DNA from: Octopus sinensis
Lineage: Eukaryota
Assembly (NCBI RefSeq): GCF_006345805.1
Contig: NC_043004.1
Span: forward strand, 38,564,001 to 38,628,000
Length of the DNA stretch: 64,000 nt
Direction of reading: 5' to 3'
In this document: piece after piece, positions 52,562-64,000 of the stretch
How the letters are laid out: each line of letters starts with the position of its first letter
Position numbering within the stretch: position 1 is the stretch's first letter
Notes under the pieces: generated by a model
The model's database searches: none
What the model saw: only the letters and a program-made list of their open reading frames with translations
Told to the model about the DNA's origin: nothing
Position numbers and translations under genes: made by a program

Positions 52562-53117
52562 TGAGTGAGAGAGCAATGCATGCCATCAAAGTGACACTGG
52601 GGTAAAATATACGAAGCCCAGTATACCCATCATGACTACCCGTCTGATAAGGGTACACCAGGCACATGCATCACAACCGTATGTACGCGATATGGTGATC
52701 TCATGAAGATAAACAGCGCATGACCTTGCAGGTGGGGCCCAGTTAGAATTTTCTTCAGGTCGAGTAGCCCATCCCGCTCAAAAGGTCCCTGAATAAGGAT
52801 TGTTTAAGGATGTTGAACAAATCACCCATGTTTCCAGAGGTGAATTATCCAAACCTCTAAGAATTCCTTTCAACACACTGCTATGATGCTCCCCCACTAC
52901 GTCTGCTCGTGATCAGAGATGCATATATCGTCAGCCACAAAGGGACATGCTCAACTGGTTAAGGTCAAACAACTGACAGGCAAATCTGTGGTATTGAGAA
53001 GAATATTTGCAGTAGTCCATCTTTTATACCAAGACAAAACAATGTACATGACAACACTTCCAATCAGTTAAGATCAGAAGTTATGAGAGCCACTGCCTGG
53101 TACTGCATCAGGGCATT
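52562..53117 (-). mobile_element. ~555-bp non-coding interspersed repeat embedded in (TAA)n
   Basis: Flanked by TAT/TAA repeats on both sides; homologous pieces at 11180 and 48500. Confidence 0.75.
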
Positions 53118-53431
53118 TATTATTATTGTTGTTGTTGTTGTTGCTGCTGCAGCTGCTGCGGTTGTTGTTATGAATCCATCGTAAGTGCAGCATTCAATAT
53201 ATTACGAGACCAACAGTAATTAAAGACGGCGCTTTTTGGGTGACTTCGTGGATATGTTATATGAGACTTATCAATGTATTTCCTATTGTTCCTATTGTTA
53301 GACATGTATAGTTAAACAGCTAAATGGAGAAAAGCATTCATGGCGGTAAATAATGTATTAAAACAACTAGCAAGTTGGCGAATGGTCGTAACCGAAACGG
53401 AAAATTCCAACTCCTCATCACAAGCCACTAT

Positions 53432-53855
53432 TCTTTTATTCTTTTACTTGTTTCACTCATTTGACTGCGGTCATGCTGGAGCACCACCCTTAGTCAAACA
53501 AATCGACCCGAAGACTTATTATTTGTAAAGTTACTAGTTATTCTATCGGTGTCTTTTGCGAACGCTAAGTTACGGGGACGTAAACACACCAATATCGGTT
53601 CTCAAGCAGTAATGGGGGGTACAAACACAGACACACAAATACATATGTGTGTGTGTGTGTTTGTGTGTATGACGGGCTTCTTTCAGTTTCCGTCCATCAA
53701 ATCCACTCATAACGCTTTGGCCGATCCGAGGCTATAATAGAAAACATTTGCCCAAGGTGCCATTCAGTGGGACCGAACCCGGAACCGTGTGGTTGGGAAG
53801 CAAGTTTCTTACCACACTGCCACCCCTGCGCATATAAAGCCACACTTGCGCCTAT
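53432..53855 (-). mobile_element. SINE family B copy
   Basis: Aligns with 39036-39425. Confidence 0.88.
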
Positions 53856-54742
53856 ACCCTACTTTTAAATCATATACAATCTCTGCTCACTGATGCAATT
53901 CAACAAGGCGCTGCGAGAAAAACCAAGATATAAATAAACAAATATTCATTTATTCTTTTACTCTTTTACTTCTTTCAGTCATTTCACTGAGGCCATGGCA
54001 AGTACGTACGTACATTCATATATTCAAAGAAACAATCACATGTAGTGTCTCGACTTCCACTGAACAAGCATTGTTTTGTCAATGATAGATATCAGCTCTT
54101 TTCTATATAAGGTGGAATATAATGTTACGTTTACGAATTTATTTTGCAAGATTCCTAATGTGAAATTGTGTATAGAAGTAGATATTGTTATATTTTAGGA
54201 GGATCATCTTTTTCTTGCCAAATAAACACACATATATTCGTTCTTCCCGTTTATTATTGTTATTATTTCAAGTTTTGTCCATAATCTTGAAATCTTTCGG
54301 CACACACCTGTGATGTCTTCAGCGACTATTTCAGCCCACGTGTCTCTTCCTGCTGTATTTAGTCAATTTTAGAATGGATATAATGAACATAATATAATAA
54401 AAATAATAAATACATGAAGAAGGAAGATACAGTGCATGTTTTCTATTTGGCAAGGAAGTAAAATGTCCATCCCAGAATATAACTATGTGGGTCATAATGG
54501 TTTCCAGCATATAAATTCTGGAAACGTAGTCGATAAATGTGAAAAGAAGGCTGTAATTATATATTTATCTGGATATACTCCCTGTACGTCCAGGGAGTGT
54601 GAATGTGTGCATTTATAGAACGCACAACACAATGTAAATCAGAACTTATAATAATCGGAAGAATACTAAGCCACACTGGGTGAATTAAGAATGCTATTGA
54701 TAATGTGTTAATAACATGTGAATTAATCGTTAGATTGATAAT

Positions 54743-54789
<47 letters not shown>

Positions 54790-54949
54790 AAGAGAGAGAC
54801 AGAGACGAAATAAACCGCTTCCAAAACTGCATATTTGAGCAAGTGGTAGTCGTTACGTGTTGGATCAGAAACTCTCCCTCACACACAGCCTCTTACTCCT
54901 CCATGCATAACTACGTAAAGCTGAAAATTATATAAATTTTTATACATAC

Positions 54950-55008
54950 ATATTGTGTTATACATTGCATTGTATTGAGCGTTCACGTTAACTGTGTTGA
55001 TAATGGCC
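54950..55008 (-). CDS. M13 peptidase exon (AIINTVNVNAQYNAMYNTI)
   Basis: catacag/gtatgt boundaries; 59 nt, phase 2-1; VNAQY...N.I corresponds to the VNAFY...NQI substrate-binding motif. Confidence 0.88.
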
Positions 55009-55162
55009 CTGTATGATATAAAGCGAATAAAGTTGGTTATGTTACTGCTCGTTGTATCACGCTATGTGAAATTCTTAAACTAAATACATCAATGAAATAT
55101 ATCAAGTGAGAGGGATTTAGGTTTCGTGTAAATTAAATTGTTCCTAATATTTGAATCACATT

Positions 55163-55579
55163 AAGGGCGGCGAGCTGGCAGAAACGTTAGCACGCCGGGC
55201 GAAATGCGTAGCCGTATTTCGTCTGCTGTTACGTTCTGAGTTCAAATTCCGCCGAGGTCGACTTTGCCTTTCATCCTTTCGGGGTCGATAAATTAAGTAC
55301 CAGTTACGCACTGGGGTCGATGTAATCGACTTAATCCGTTTGTCTGTCCTTGTTTGCCCCTCTGTGTTTAGCCCCTTGTGGGTAGTAAAGAAATAGGTAT
55401 TTCGTCTGCCGCTACGTTCTGAGTTCAAATTCCGCCGAGGTCGACTTTACCTTTCATCCTTTCGGGGTCGATTAAATAAGTACCAGTTACGCACTGCGGT
55501 CGATGTAATCGACTTAACCCCTTTCTCTGTCCTTGTTTGTCCCCTTTATGTTTAGCCCCCTGTGGGCAATAAAGAAATA
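55163..55579 (+). mobile_element. SINE family A with Tx1-like tail and a tandem partial second copy
   Basis: Full copy at 55163-55396 plus 5'-truncated copy at 55397-55579; target-site duplication AATATTTGAATC at 55146 and 55580. Confidence 0.9.
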
Positions 55580-57348
55580 AATATTTGAATCGCTTATATG
55601 CTTGAAGTAAACCGCTTAAAATGAATTTGAATTCGGGGCGTAGAGTAATGTATATGTATCACAACAGAATTTTGTGGTGTTACTAGACAAACTCTTCTGA
55701 AATCCACTGACCTTCTACACTTTAAGTTTAATTAATAATATACGCAAGATCCCATAATGCTGTTGATTTGAATAGTCGATTAGACTGGACCGCTGGTACT
55801 TATTTATGTGATCTTCTTGCATGAAAGCAATGTGGACTTCAGGAACAAAGCTTTATATTCAGAACATAAAGAGATTGTTGTGGGGATCTATTAACGAGGA
55901 TAAGAAAGAATATAGGCACATAATGTTTTAAATGTGCATAGTAAAATTTGACTTGAATATATTCACTCTGTTCAACTTTTCACTTCCCCAAATTTGAATT
56001 GAAGTTTGTAATATATTAAAACTTCACATAAACTATGTAACTTTTAAAGAAGTACTCTCCTCCTGAAACGAAGTATATTCAAGTTATGTGCTTTGTCAAA
56101 CTGAACTCAGTTTTTATTCAAAAACGGTTTACATACATGGACACTTTATGACGTTGTAACCAAGTTGAATTTTACAGGGAATCAAAAAACACGATTGAGT
56201 AATTTATCCCCCGCCCTGCAAAAAGAAAAATTTAAATGTCTAGATTTTAGAAAAGAAATTTTGCTTCGTAGTTGTGGTAACATAATAACGCTCTTTCAGA
56301 AGGCTGTAGACAGCTTGTCCATTAAATTTCTTCCTAACCCAGCCAAACTAAACTTTCATACTTGGTCATTATTTCTCCTCTTAGTAGTAGTTACAGCTGA
56401 CTGAATTGATACAACTTTGGAAAATTTTTCATCATCTATAATCTGTCTTCGTAAAAATACGGGCAGAGACAAGACCGTGTGGTTAAAACAGTTGCTTCGA
56501 ATCCACGTGGTTTACTTTGTGATATCACCGTCCGGCGTTTAAAGGGGATGTCTTCTTCAATAAGCTTGTTTTTTTCAATGCTTTCTGTGTGTTTAATATC
56601 ACTGACGGAAATTGTAGAAAATCCCTTAAGTGGTAGATTTAACCGTCGTTAGATTAATGAACTCTACTTAGCCATTTGGGGATTTTTTAGTTAGATCACC
56701 ATTGTGAGGATAACCTCCCTCGTTAATCCAGTCGGATATGGAGGCTCACACACAAAACCTTGAACGCTGCCTGTACTCTTTTTATTCGGTATTAATGAAT
56801 TTATAACCCACCAAGTTGCTACATATAAATAGGTAGAGGTACAAGGATAATCGCTGTAAAATGGCAAAAGAGGATCTTTAACTCTTTTTTCTATACAGCT
56901 TGTAGACAGATAACTCATCAATATTTGTGCAGGTTCCTCCATTACAAAAAAGATTTTTATCTTTTATTTAATATTATCCATTGTGTTTTTGCCTTCCGAT
57001 TATCTTTCGTGGTTCCTTGTATGGTGCAAACTCATGAAAAGAAACATATTTTTAAACAGGGGCAAAATCAACTAGGCCGATACGGTTAAATTGATGAACT
57101 ACCAACATCACCAGTACTAAAATTAATAATATTTATGTCTCTTAGTAATTTACATAACTGTTTGCTTTGATTTATCTGAGCAATAGCTTCCAAACTCGTT
57201 CCATAGTTCACACGTCAGAAATGGAAAAGCCATTTAAACTACGATGACAATTTATATCACATTAAAATATTTCCTTGAGAAATGAAACGGAAAATTCGAT
57301 GTTCATTAGCCTTAATATATTTAATTATGGTTAATTTTGAACAGTATT

Positions 57349-57535
57349 AAGGTAGCGAGCTGGCAGAATCTTTAGCTCGCCCTTGCGTCCTGAGTTCAAA
57401 TTTAGCCGGCGTTGATATTACCTTTCATCTCTTTCGGGCATGGATAACGTAAGAACCAACTGAACACTCGGGTCGATGTAATCAACTTAGCCACTTTTGC
57501 AAACCTGTTGGTTTTGTGCCAAACTTTGAAACCAG
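57349..57535 (+). mobile_element. SINE family A copy
   Basis: Head, core and tail match. Confidence 0.75.
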
Positions 57536-57910
57536 TAATGGGGAGCATTATTGACAATCTAGTAAAGGAAGTTAAGTTACTCTGAGTAAAGTCGACGCTG
57601 AATCTGGATTTAATTGAAATGAAGAAAATTTCAAGAAGCTATTCGAATTTCCTTATAGTTATATGAATATAATTTGATAATTGTTTTTTTTTTACATAAT
57701 GACTGGAATAGCTGTCGATTCTGGGACTATCGTGAAAGCCGTTGTTATCAACATCATAATCATCACCATACTCCTTGTAATTATCGTTATTGTCGTCATT
57801 ATTTTGCCAAAGTTACCTTATTAGTGTATTGAGGAAGTTCATAGTGGATTTGCGCACAGAACCGTGAAACAAGTAAATGTTTCAGTACTACTGATAAAGT
57901 AAAAACTTAC

Positions 57911-58011
57911 GAATCTTCTGAGAGCGTTTCACTAAATGACTTCATTTTCCTCCTCATAAGGGCTTTATTGTATTCGAAGATGTTATCATACAAGCTGTCG
58001 TCCACAGTTAC
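57911..58011 (-). CDS. M13 peptidase exon (VTVDDSLYDNIFEYNKALMRRKMKSFSETLSED-S)
   Basis: gtatttag/gtaagt boundaries; 101 nt, phase 0-2; equivalent to the neprilysin 'EYFENIIQNLKF...KLREKVDK' segment. Confidence 0.8.
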
Positions 58012-58697
58012 CTAAATACATTAAGAAATAACATAAATACAATCATTTGTTGGAATTAGTGAAATGAAAGGAAGTGACGTAATTTTTTGCAAGAAACCGC
58101 ATAGAATTGAATATATTGTTTGAAACTTGCAACAGCTTCATTTTATTGCATCATGGATTTTTCGACGACAGATTTTCAAGGTGTTGGCCATATTTAAAAT
58201 AGTGAGGCTTCACAGAATATACGTAACTGTAAACTAAAAGTGAAATAAATTAACATTCTAATGGGCAGTAAATGGCTAAAATTATCTCAAGAGCTTGGAA
58301 CAAGAAACTGGAATATACTCCACAGCGTGTCGATGGATTGGGTATTCATATGTAAGTGTACATGTTTGTATAATTGTGTGTACGTCGCTAAATCTTCATT
58401 TTATTAATTATGAGACTAATTCGATTAACATTAGTATCTATCGAATATACATATAGATGTACAAATTTATATATAAAATACTAAAGCCATAAATGTTCAC
58501 CTGAAAATATATATTCTATTTTACATCTGGTTTATCGGAAACTACAAAAAATTTGGTAATACCTAATTTATAATACGGCAAAAACAAAAGAAGGAATAAA
58601 TGGACAATCAAATATATACATATATACTGTACACACATACACACACACTCGCGAGCACACACACACCCACGCACGCACACATACACACATATATATG

Positions 58698-59997
58698 TTC
58701 AGGAGGCAGTGAAAAATTGTCGTCTAAATTATGCAAAACTTAAAATAACACTGACATCTCATTTTAATAGATATATTTACCAAAATTATATAAAAATATC
58801 TTCAAATACTAAAGGGTAAATTTATTCAATAAAATCGCCATTTGCTTCAACCACTGCCTCCAGACGACTTTGGAATCTCCTTCAACTCATCTGGACGGGT
58901 TTCTTGTTTAAGTTGGTGAATGCTGTCATAATCGTTGCCTCCAGTTCATCTTTGGTGTTATTAACAGTTTTCTTGGTCTCTCGCTCAGCTACGCCCCACA
59001 CAATAATCTAGTGGGTTGCAGTCTGGAGAGTTAGGTGGCCAGATGTTAGGGATGATGTAGTCGCAGAAATTGTCTGAGAGCCATGACTGAGTTCTCCTGC
59101 TTGTGTAGCATGGTACAGAGTCCTGTTGCTAGACATCGGGTCTTCCAGCAGCCACCTTCTTGACCCAGGACAGCACTAACTCTTCCGGGCACTTAATGTA
59201 GGGACCGTGTTGAATCTGAGGCCACGTGGGTAAATGAATGGAGGCATAACGTTGCCATCTCTAGTGATCACTCCAAACAACATAAAGTTGACTGGATGTT
59301 TGATTTTTATCACTTGCGATATATGTTTTGGAGACACGGCGAGCCGACGGTTATTCTGTGTGTTCCCCATATGATCTTGGCAGAAATCTTTCTCGTCTGA
59401 GAAATAACAAAGCATGTTCAGTTGGAAGGGATGCTTGAGTTTCTTCAAAAACTACGTAGAACCCTCTTTCCTCTTGTCCTTGATGGCTTGGGATAAAAAT
59501 TGGCCCTTTCTCATCTTGTATAAGGAATATCGAATGTCTTCATGCAATGCCTCCCTGATAAGAAACTCAGACACTCCCATGTCCCTAGCGATGGACCTAA
59601 TTGACTTGGAGTGTTCGTTGTCAATCATGACCTGGACCTCACCCAAAATTCGGGAGTTCTTTTCATATCAGAACGATGAGAGTGAGTTTTCTTAACTGCT
59701 GTACCTTCATAATCAACATTAGGCTCAGCCAACACTTTTCGAATCCTGTGCATTTTCCTCGTCTTGACACGCAAAATTTCTGAATTGTTCGTATTGGAGT
59801 TTCTGGCGTGAATATCAAGCAGTACAGCATGTCATTTCAAAATTTCTGGCAGAGTCAATCGCGCCATAGTGTTGTTTTTCTCACAGACGGTGCCTAACTG
59901 ACCCTATTTGTAGTCGACAAATTACAAAAAACAAATTATGCTCATGCGCAAAATAAAATTTAAATTATTAAACGGCGGCAATCTACCCATTGCATCT

Positions 59998-60001
<4 letters not shown>
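58698..60001 (-). mobile_element. DD37D (maT) Tc1/mariner transposon, degenerate
   Basis: FSDEK; QQD-37 aa-D (...WPPNSPDCNPLDY), counted by hand; imperfect TIRs; TA-rich flanks. Confidence 0.88.
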
Positions 60002-61250
<1,249 letters not shown>

Positions 61251-61472
61251 AGCATGGCCATTCACAAATCCGGGGTCGCCCGGTTTACTTGAAGACTCAC
61301 TGGAAGCGAGGCTCTCACTCAGCTTTTGGTAAACTGTGTCTCTAGGAGACAGTCACTCTGATATAAACTCTAAATGCAGGGAATGGTACTGAACACAACA
61401 CACACACGCGTGCGCGCGCACTCAGACACACATATAAATATATGTATGTATATATATATATATATATATATA

Positions 61473-61920
61473 TGCGAAGGGTGTTAATTAAAGATTTCCC
61501 TTGATTCACTTTCGGTTATTGCAGGAAACGAAACTTGTAAAGGCATAATCACAGATGTCTCTACATGTCACATTGTACGTGGCAGCTTTCCACTAATATT
61601 CGTTTATCTTTTACGGCTGCTGAAGTGGACTAAGGTGTTGTAATGGAGGCAGTTGAATGCAGATCAGTGATCAGGTTCTTATACTTGAAAGTTCGTACAC
61701 CAAAAGAGACTTTCGATAAGATGAAATGAAGTTAATGTTGACGATGCACCATCATACGTCGTAGTCAAGCACTAGCATTGCCAGTTCAAATGTGGTGAGA
61801 CATCGGTGGAAACCGCTCCTCTTCTTGGATGGCCACATTTCTGGCAAGGGCACTACAATTAACAGGGTATATTATTACAATTAAATGCAGGGAATATTAT
61901 GCTTCTCTGCTGCAGAAATT
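61473..61920 (+). mobile_element. Mariner remnant
   Basis: RSVIRFLYLK..TPKETF...APSY.VVK....FK.G. Confidence 0.7.
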
Positions 61921-61924
61921 ACTG

Positions 61925-62140
61925 GACGTGAAGCATTTCGCCCGGCGTATTAGCGTTTCTGCCAGCTCGCCGCCTTCAAAGTATATCTTTTCTATTCTAG
62001 GCACAAGGCCAGAAATTTTTGCTGAGGAGGGCGGCGTGCAGACAATTATATCGATCCCATTACGTATCTGGTACTTAATTTATTGAAGCCAAAAGGTTGA
62101 AAGGCAAAGTCGGCCTCGACAGAATTTGAACTTAGAGCGA
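61925..62140 (-). mobile_element. Two SINE family A fragments
   Basis: Head at 61975-61925; core and tail at 62140-61985. Confidence 0.75.
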
Positions 62141-62453
62141 AAATACATATTACCAGAGAAGAAACATGGGTGTAGTCATTGTTGTTTATCTCCAGATTAT
62201 CATCGATTCGTCAAATCGATAATCAAAAACAATAGATCATCTAGGATTTCGTTACATAAAACTTTGCTGTCACTGAATGGTAATGTGTTGTGTTATTTGA
62301 TGGTATTTTGGTGGTATTTCAGTTAAATCTAGTTTCCGTAATTTTCACGGTCACTCACTTCCAAGACAGTTATGCTCATTAAAGGAATACATTATAAAAA
62401 TCAGATAAATTTAACGATTCAGTTAGAAATTTAAGCAGAGCACCGATACTTAC

Positions 62454-62531
62454 ATTTTCGAATCTCTTCTCCAGAAAGTCATCACTTATCAATTTGTCGT
62501 TGTAGCCAATGCTTTTACGTTTTAGTAATTC
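62454..62531 (-). CDS. M13 (neprilysin/ECE-like) metallopeptidase, first exon visible in the window (ELLKRKSIGYNDKLISDDFLEKRFEN)
   Basis: tttatag acceptor and gtaagt donor; 78 nt, phase 0-0; IGYN matches the M13 'IGYP' segment; in frame with the downstream exons. Upstream exons were not found and probably lie beyond 64000. Confidence 0.8.
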
Positions 62532-63257
62532 CTATAAATGAAATGAAAATAATTCTAACTGTAGAAGTTAGCATCTCTTTTTATATACACAGTCACACAA
62601 TTATATATGCACCAAAACCAGAGAAAATGCGCACATGCACACGGAAGAAACATTAGGTAAATTATATAGCTATGAAAGAACATGTATACAGTAGAGCCAT
62701 CTACCGGTGCTAAAAAAAAATTCACCAACCGACAGAATTTCTATACTTCTCAGAATTTGACGTCTATGCAACATGGTTTATTGGAACCTTCACTGCAGTT
62801 TAAGGCCTTATAAACAACACAACTAAATTAGGTTCGATGTGTTAATTAATCTTCGTTACAAAGGATGTCTCTGTCACTAATAATTAATTTATAAACATCC
62901 TGCATACTTTGCGTGACATGAAATTCTTTCTTGGGCAGAATTATTCAATATCAATTTCACTGATATTTGGTCTGGCATTCGTTGCTTGATTAGCTGCTAC
63001 TGATGATTTGCAATAACGTAATACGGTAGTGCTGTCCTCTGGTAATGAGAAAAATTCGCCATCGAAAGAATTTAGAAGCTTCTTAGTATTTTCGTGTACA
63101 CGAACTGATTTTCCAGGTCGTCACCGTAATCTCAGGCGTTATAAACATCATACTCAAGTTAAGTGGGATGTGCTAATTTATAAACTGCTATGTGCATCAA
63201 ATTATTTTCATCTGCACCTTGAGAAAATACTTTACCCTGTCTAACTATTTATCTGTC

Positions 63258-63332
<75 letters not shown>

Positions 63333-63336
<4 letters not shown>

Positions 63337-63435
63337 GAGGCCTATGGGACGGTCGGACAATTTGTTTTGAGAAAATTTGGTTTAAATGTTTGACAACTCA
63401 GCACCGTCCATTGGACGGGGGGCATTTTGCTCGTA
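63333..63435 (-). mobile_element. HINE/Helentron-like terminus
   Basis: acgagcaaaatgcccc-ccgtcca-a-tggacgg hairpin resembles the terminus at 22616; TA flanks. Confidence 0.4.
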
Positions 63436-63464
63436 TATATATATATATATTATATATATATATA

Positions 63465-64000
63465 TCAACAATTGAGGGTAAAACTAATTAGTTATTAATC
63501 AATTCCACCAAAGTAGTGTTCAGTATGTAAAAGGACCATTTAAGGCGAATTCAAAATATTACATTATATAATTAGGGCTTAGTAAAATAAATTACTTTGC
63601 CACATACTGAACTTTCTAGAAATAGCAGCCAAAAAGTTTTTTAGCCATTTCCACTACTTTAAGAAAATTTCTCTCAGATAATGTTTACTCAAAAATAACT
63701 CACGAAGATATGGAGGTAAAAACAGTAAAATATCACAAGTACAAAGATCATTTGAGAACGTCAACGTTTCTAGATTAGCCAAATAAAACTCAGCATTTCC
63801 TTCGTCAGCTCAACATTTCTTAATTTTGGATTTGAAAGCACTAAAAGAATGAACATACCCCTCCGGCAACGTATCACCTCAGACGAACACGCTCAGACTG
63901 CCAGTACTAGCAAATTCAAAATGTACAAGCGAAGATTCATGTTCTCTCCCCTTCCACCCACGTGAGTTATCTAGTAAACATATATTTTAACGGTGAGAAC
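63465..64000 (-). mobile_element. Hammerhead-bearing non-coding repeat (second retrozyme/pLTR-like family), running off the window end
   Basis: Starts next to (TA)n; contains a hammerhead; its end is loosely similar to the end of the 539-bp unit (gagggtaaaactaattag...ccaccaaagtagtg vs aagggtgagagaattag...acaccaagtggcctagtg). Confidence 0.5.
63752..63813 (-). ncRNA. Type I hammerhead ribozyme candidate
   Basis: Minus strand reads UUGAG-CUGACGA-agga...ucua-GAA-ACG-UUGA-CGU-U^-CUCAA; stems I and III pair; the first stem II pair is an A.A mismatch. Confidence 0.65.

Noticed and set aside
52865-52940. Minus-strand CTGACGA...GAAA hammerhead-like core
   Set aside because: Stems I-III could not be paired convincingly.
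53060-53117. Resemblance to U2 snRNA stem-loops (cctg-atgcagtac-cagg; atcagttaagatc)
   Set aside because: Matches are short and not convincingly colinear; no Sm site or branch-point recognition sequence.

Overview
AT-rich, microsatellite-dense eukaryotic (animal) genomic DNA. The SINE, LINE and mariner repertoire looks like an octopod cephalopod (inference, not verified). The only host gene I could reconstruct is almost invisible in the ORF track. It is the 3' part of a minus-strand neprilysin/ECE-like M13 zinc metallopeptidase: 10 GT-AG exons from 62531 to 31438, 831 nt in frame, 276 aa plus stop. HEMMH and ENIAD are intact, but VNAFY reads VNAQY and both Cys of one conserved disulfide are lost. 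The rest is mostly transposon-derived: Tx1/L1, CR1, Dong/R4, R2-like and Penelope retroelements, mariner and DD37D DNA transposons, a Helentron-like element, a solo LTR and several SINE families. The most striking hidden system is a set of hammerhead ribozymes. (i) A non-coding 539-bp tandem unit carries four identical type I hammerheads and is arranged as a head-to-head palindrome inside (TA)n (3513-5320), consistent with a retrozyme or Penelope pLTR copied from circular RNA. (ii) An inverted Penelope insertion has a terminal repeat that couples a tRNA-like Pol III head to a hammerhead (29625-30676). (iii) A further hammerhead lies in sense orientation in a probable intron of the M13 gene (63752-63813). 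An apparently ORF1-only (HAL1-like) Tx1 element with an intact Gag-like ORF is also present. All calls were made by eye, and the boundaries of degenerate repeats are approximate.
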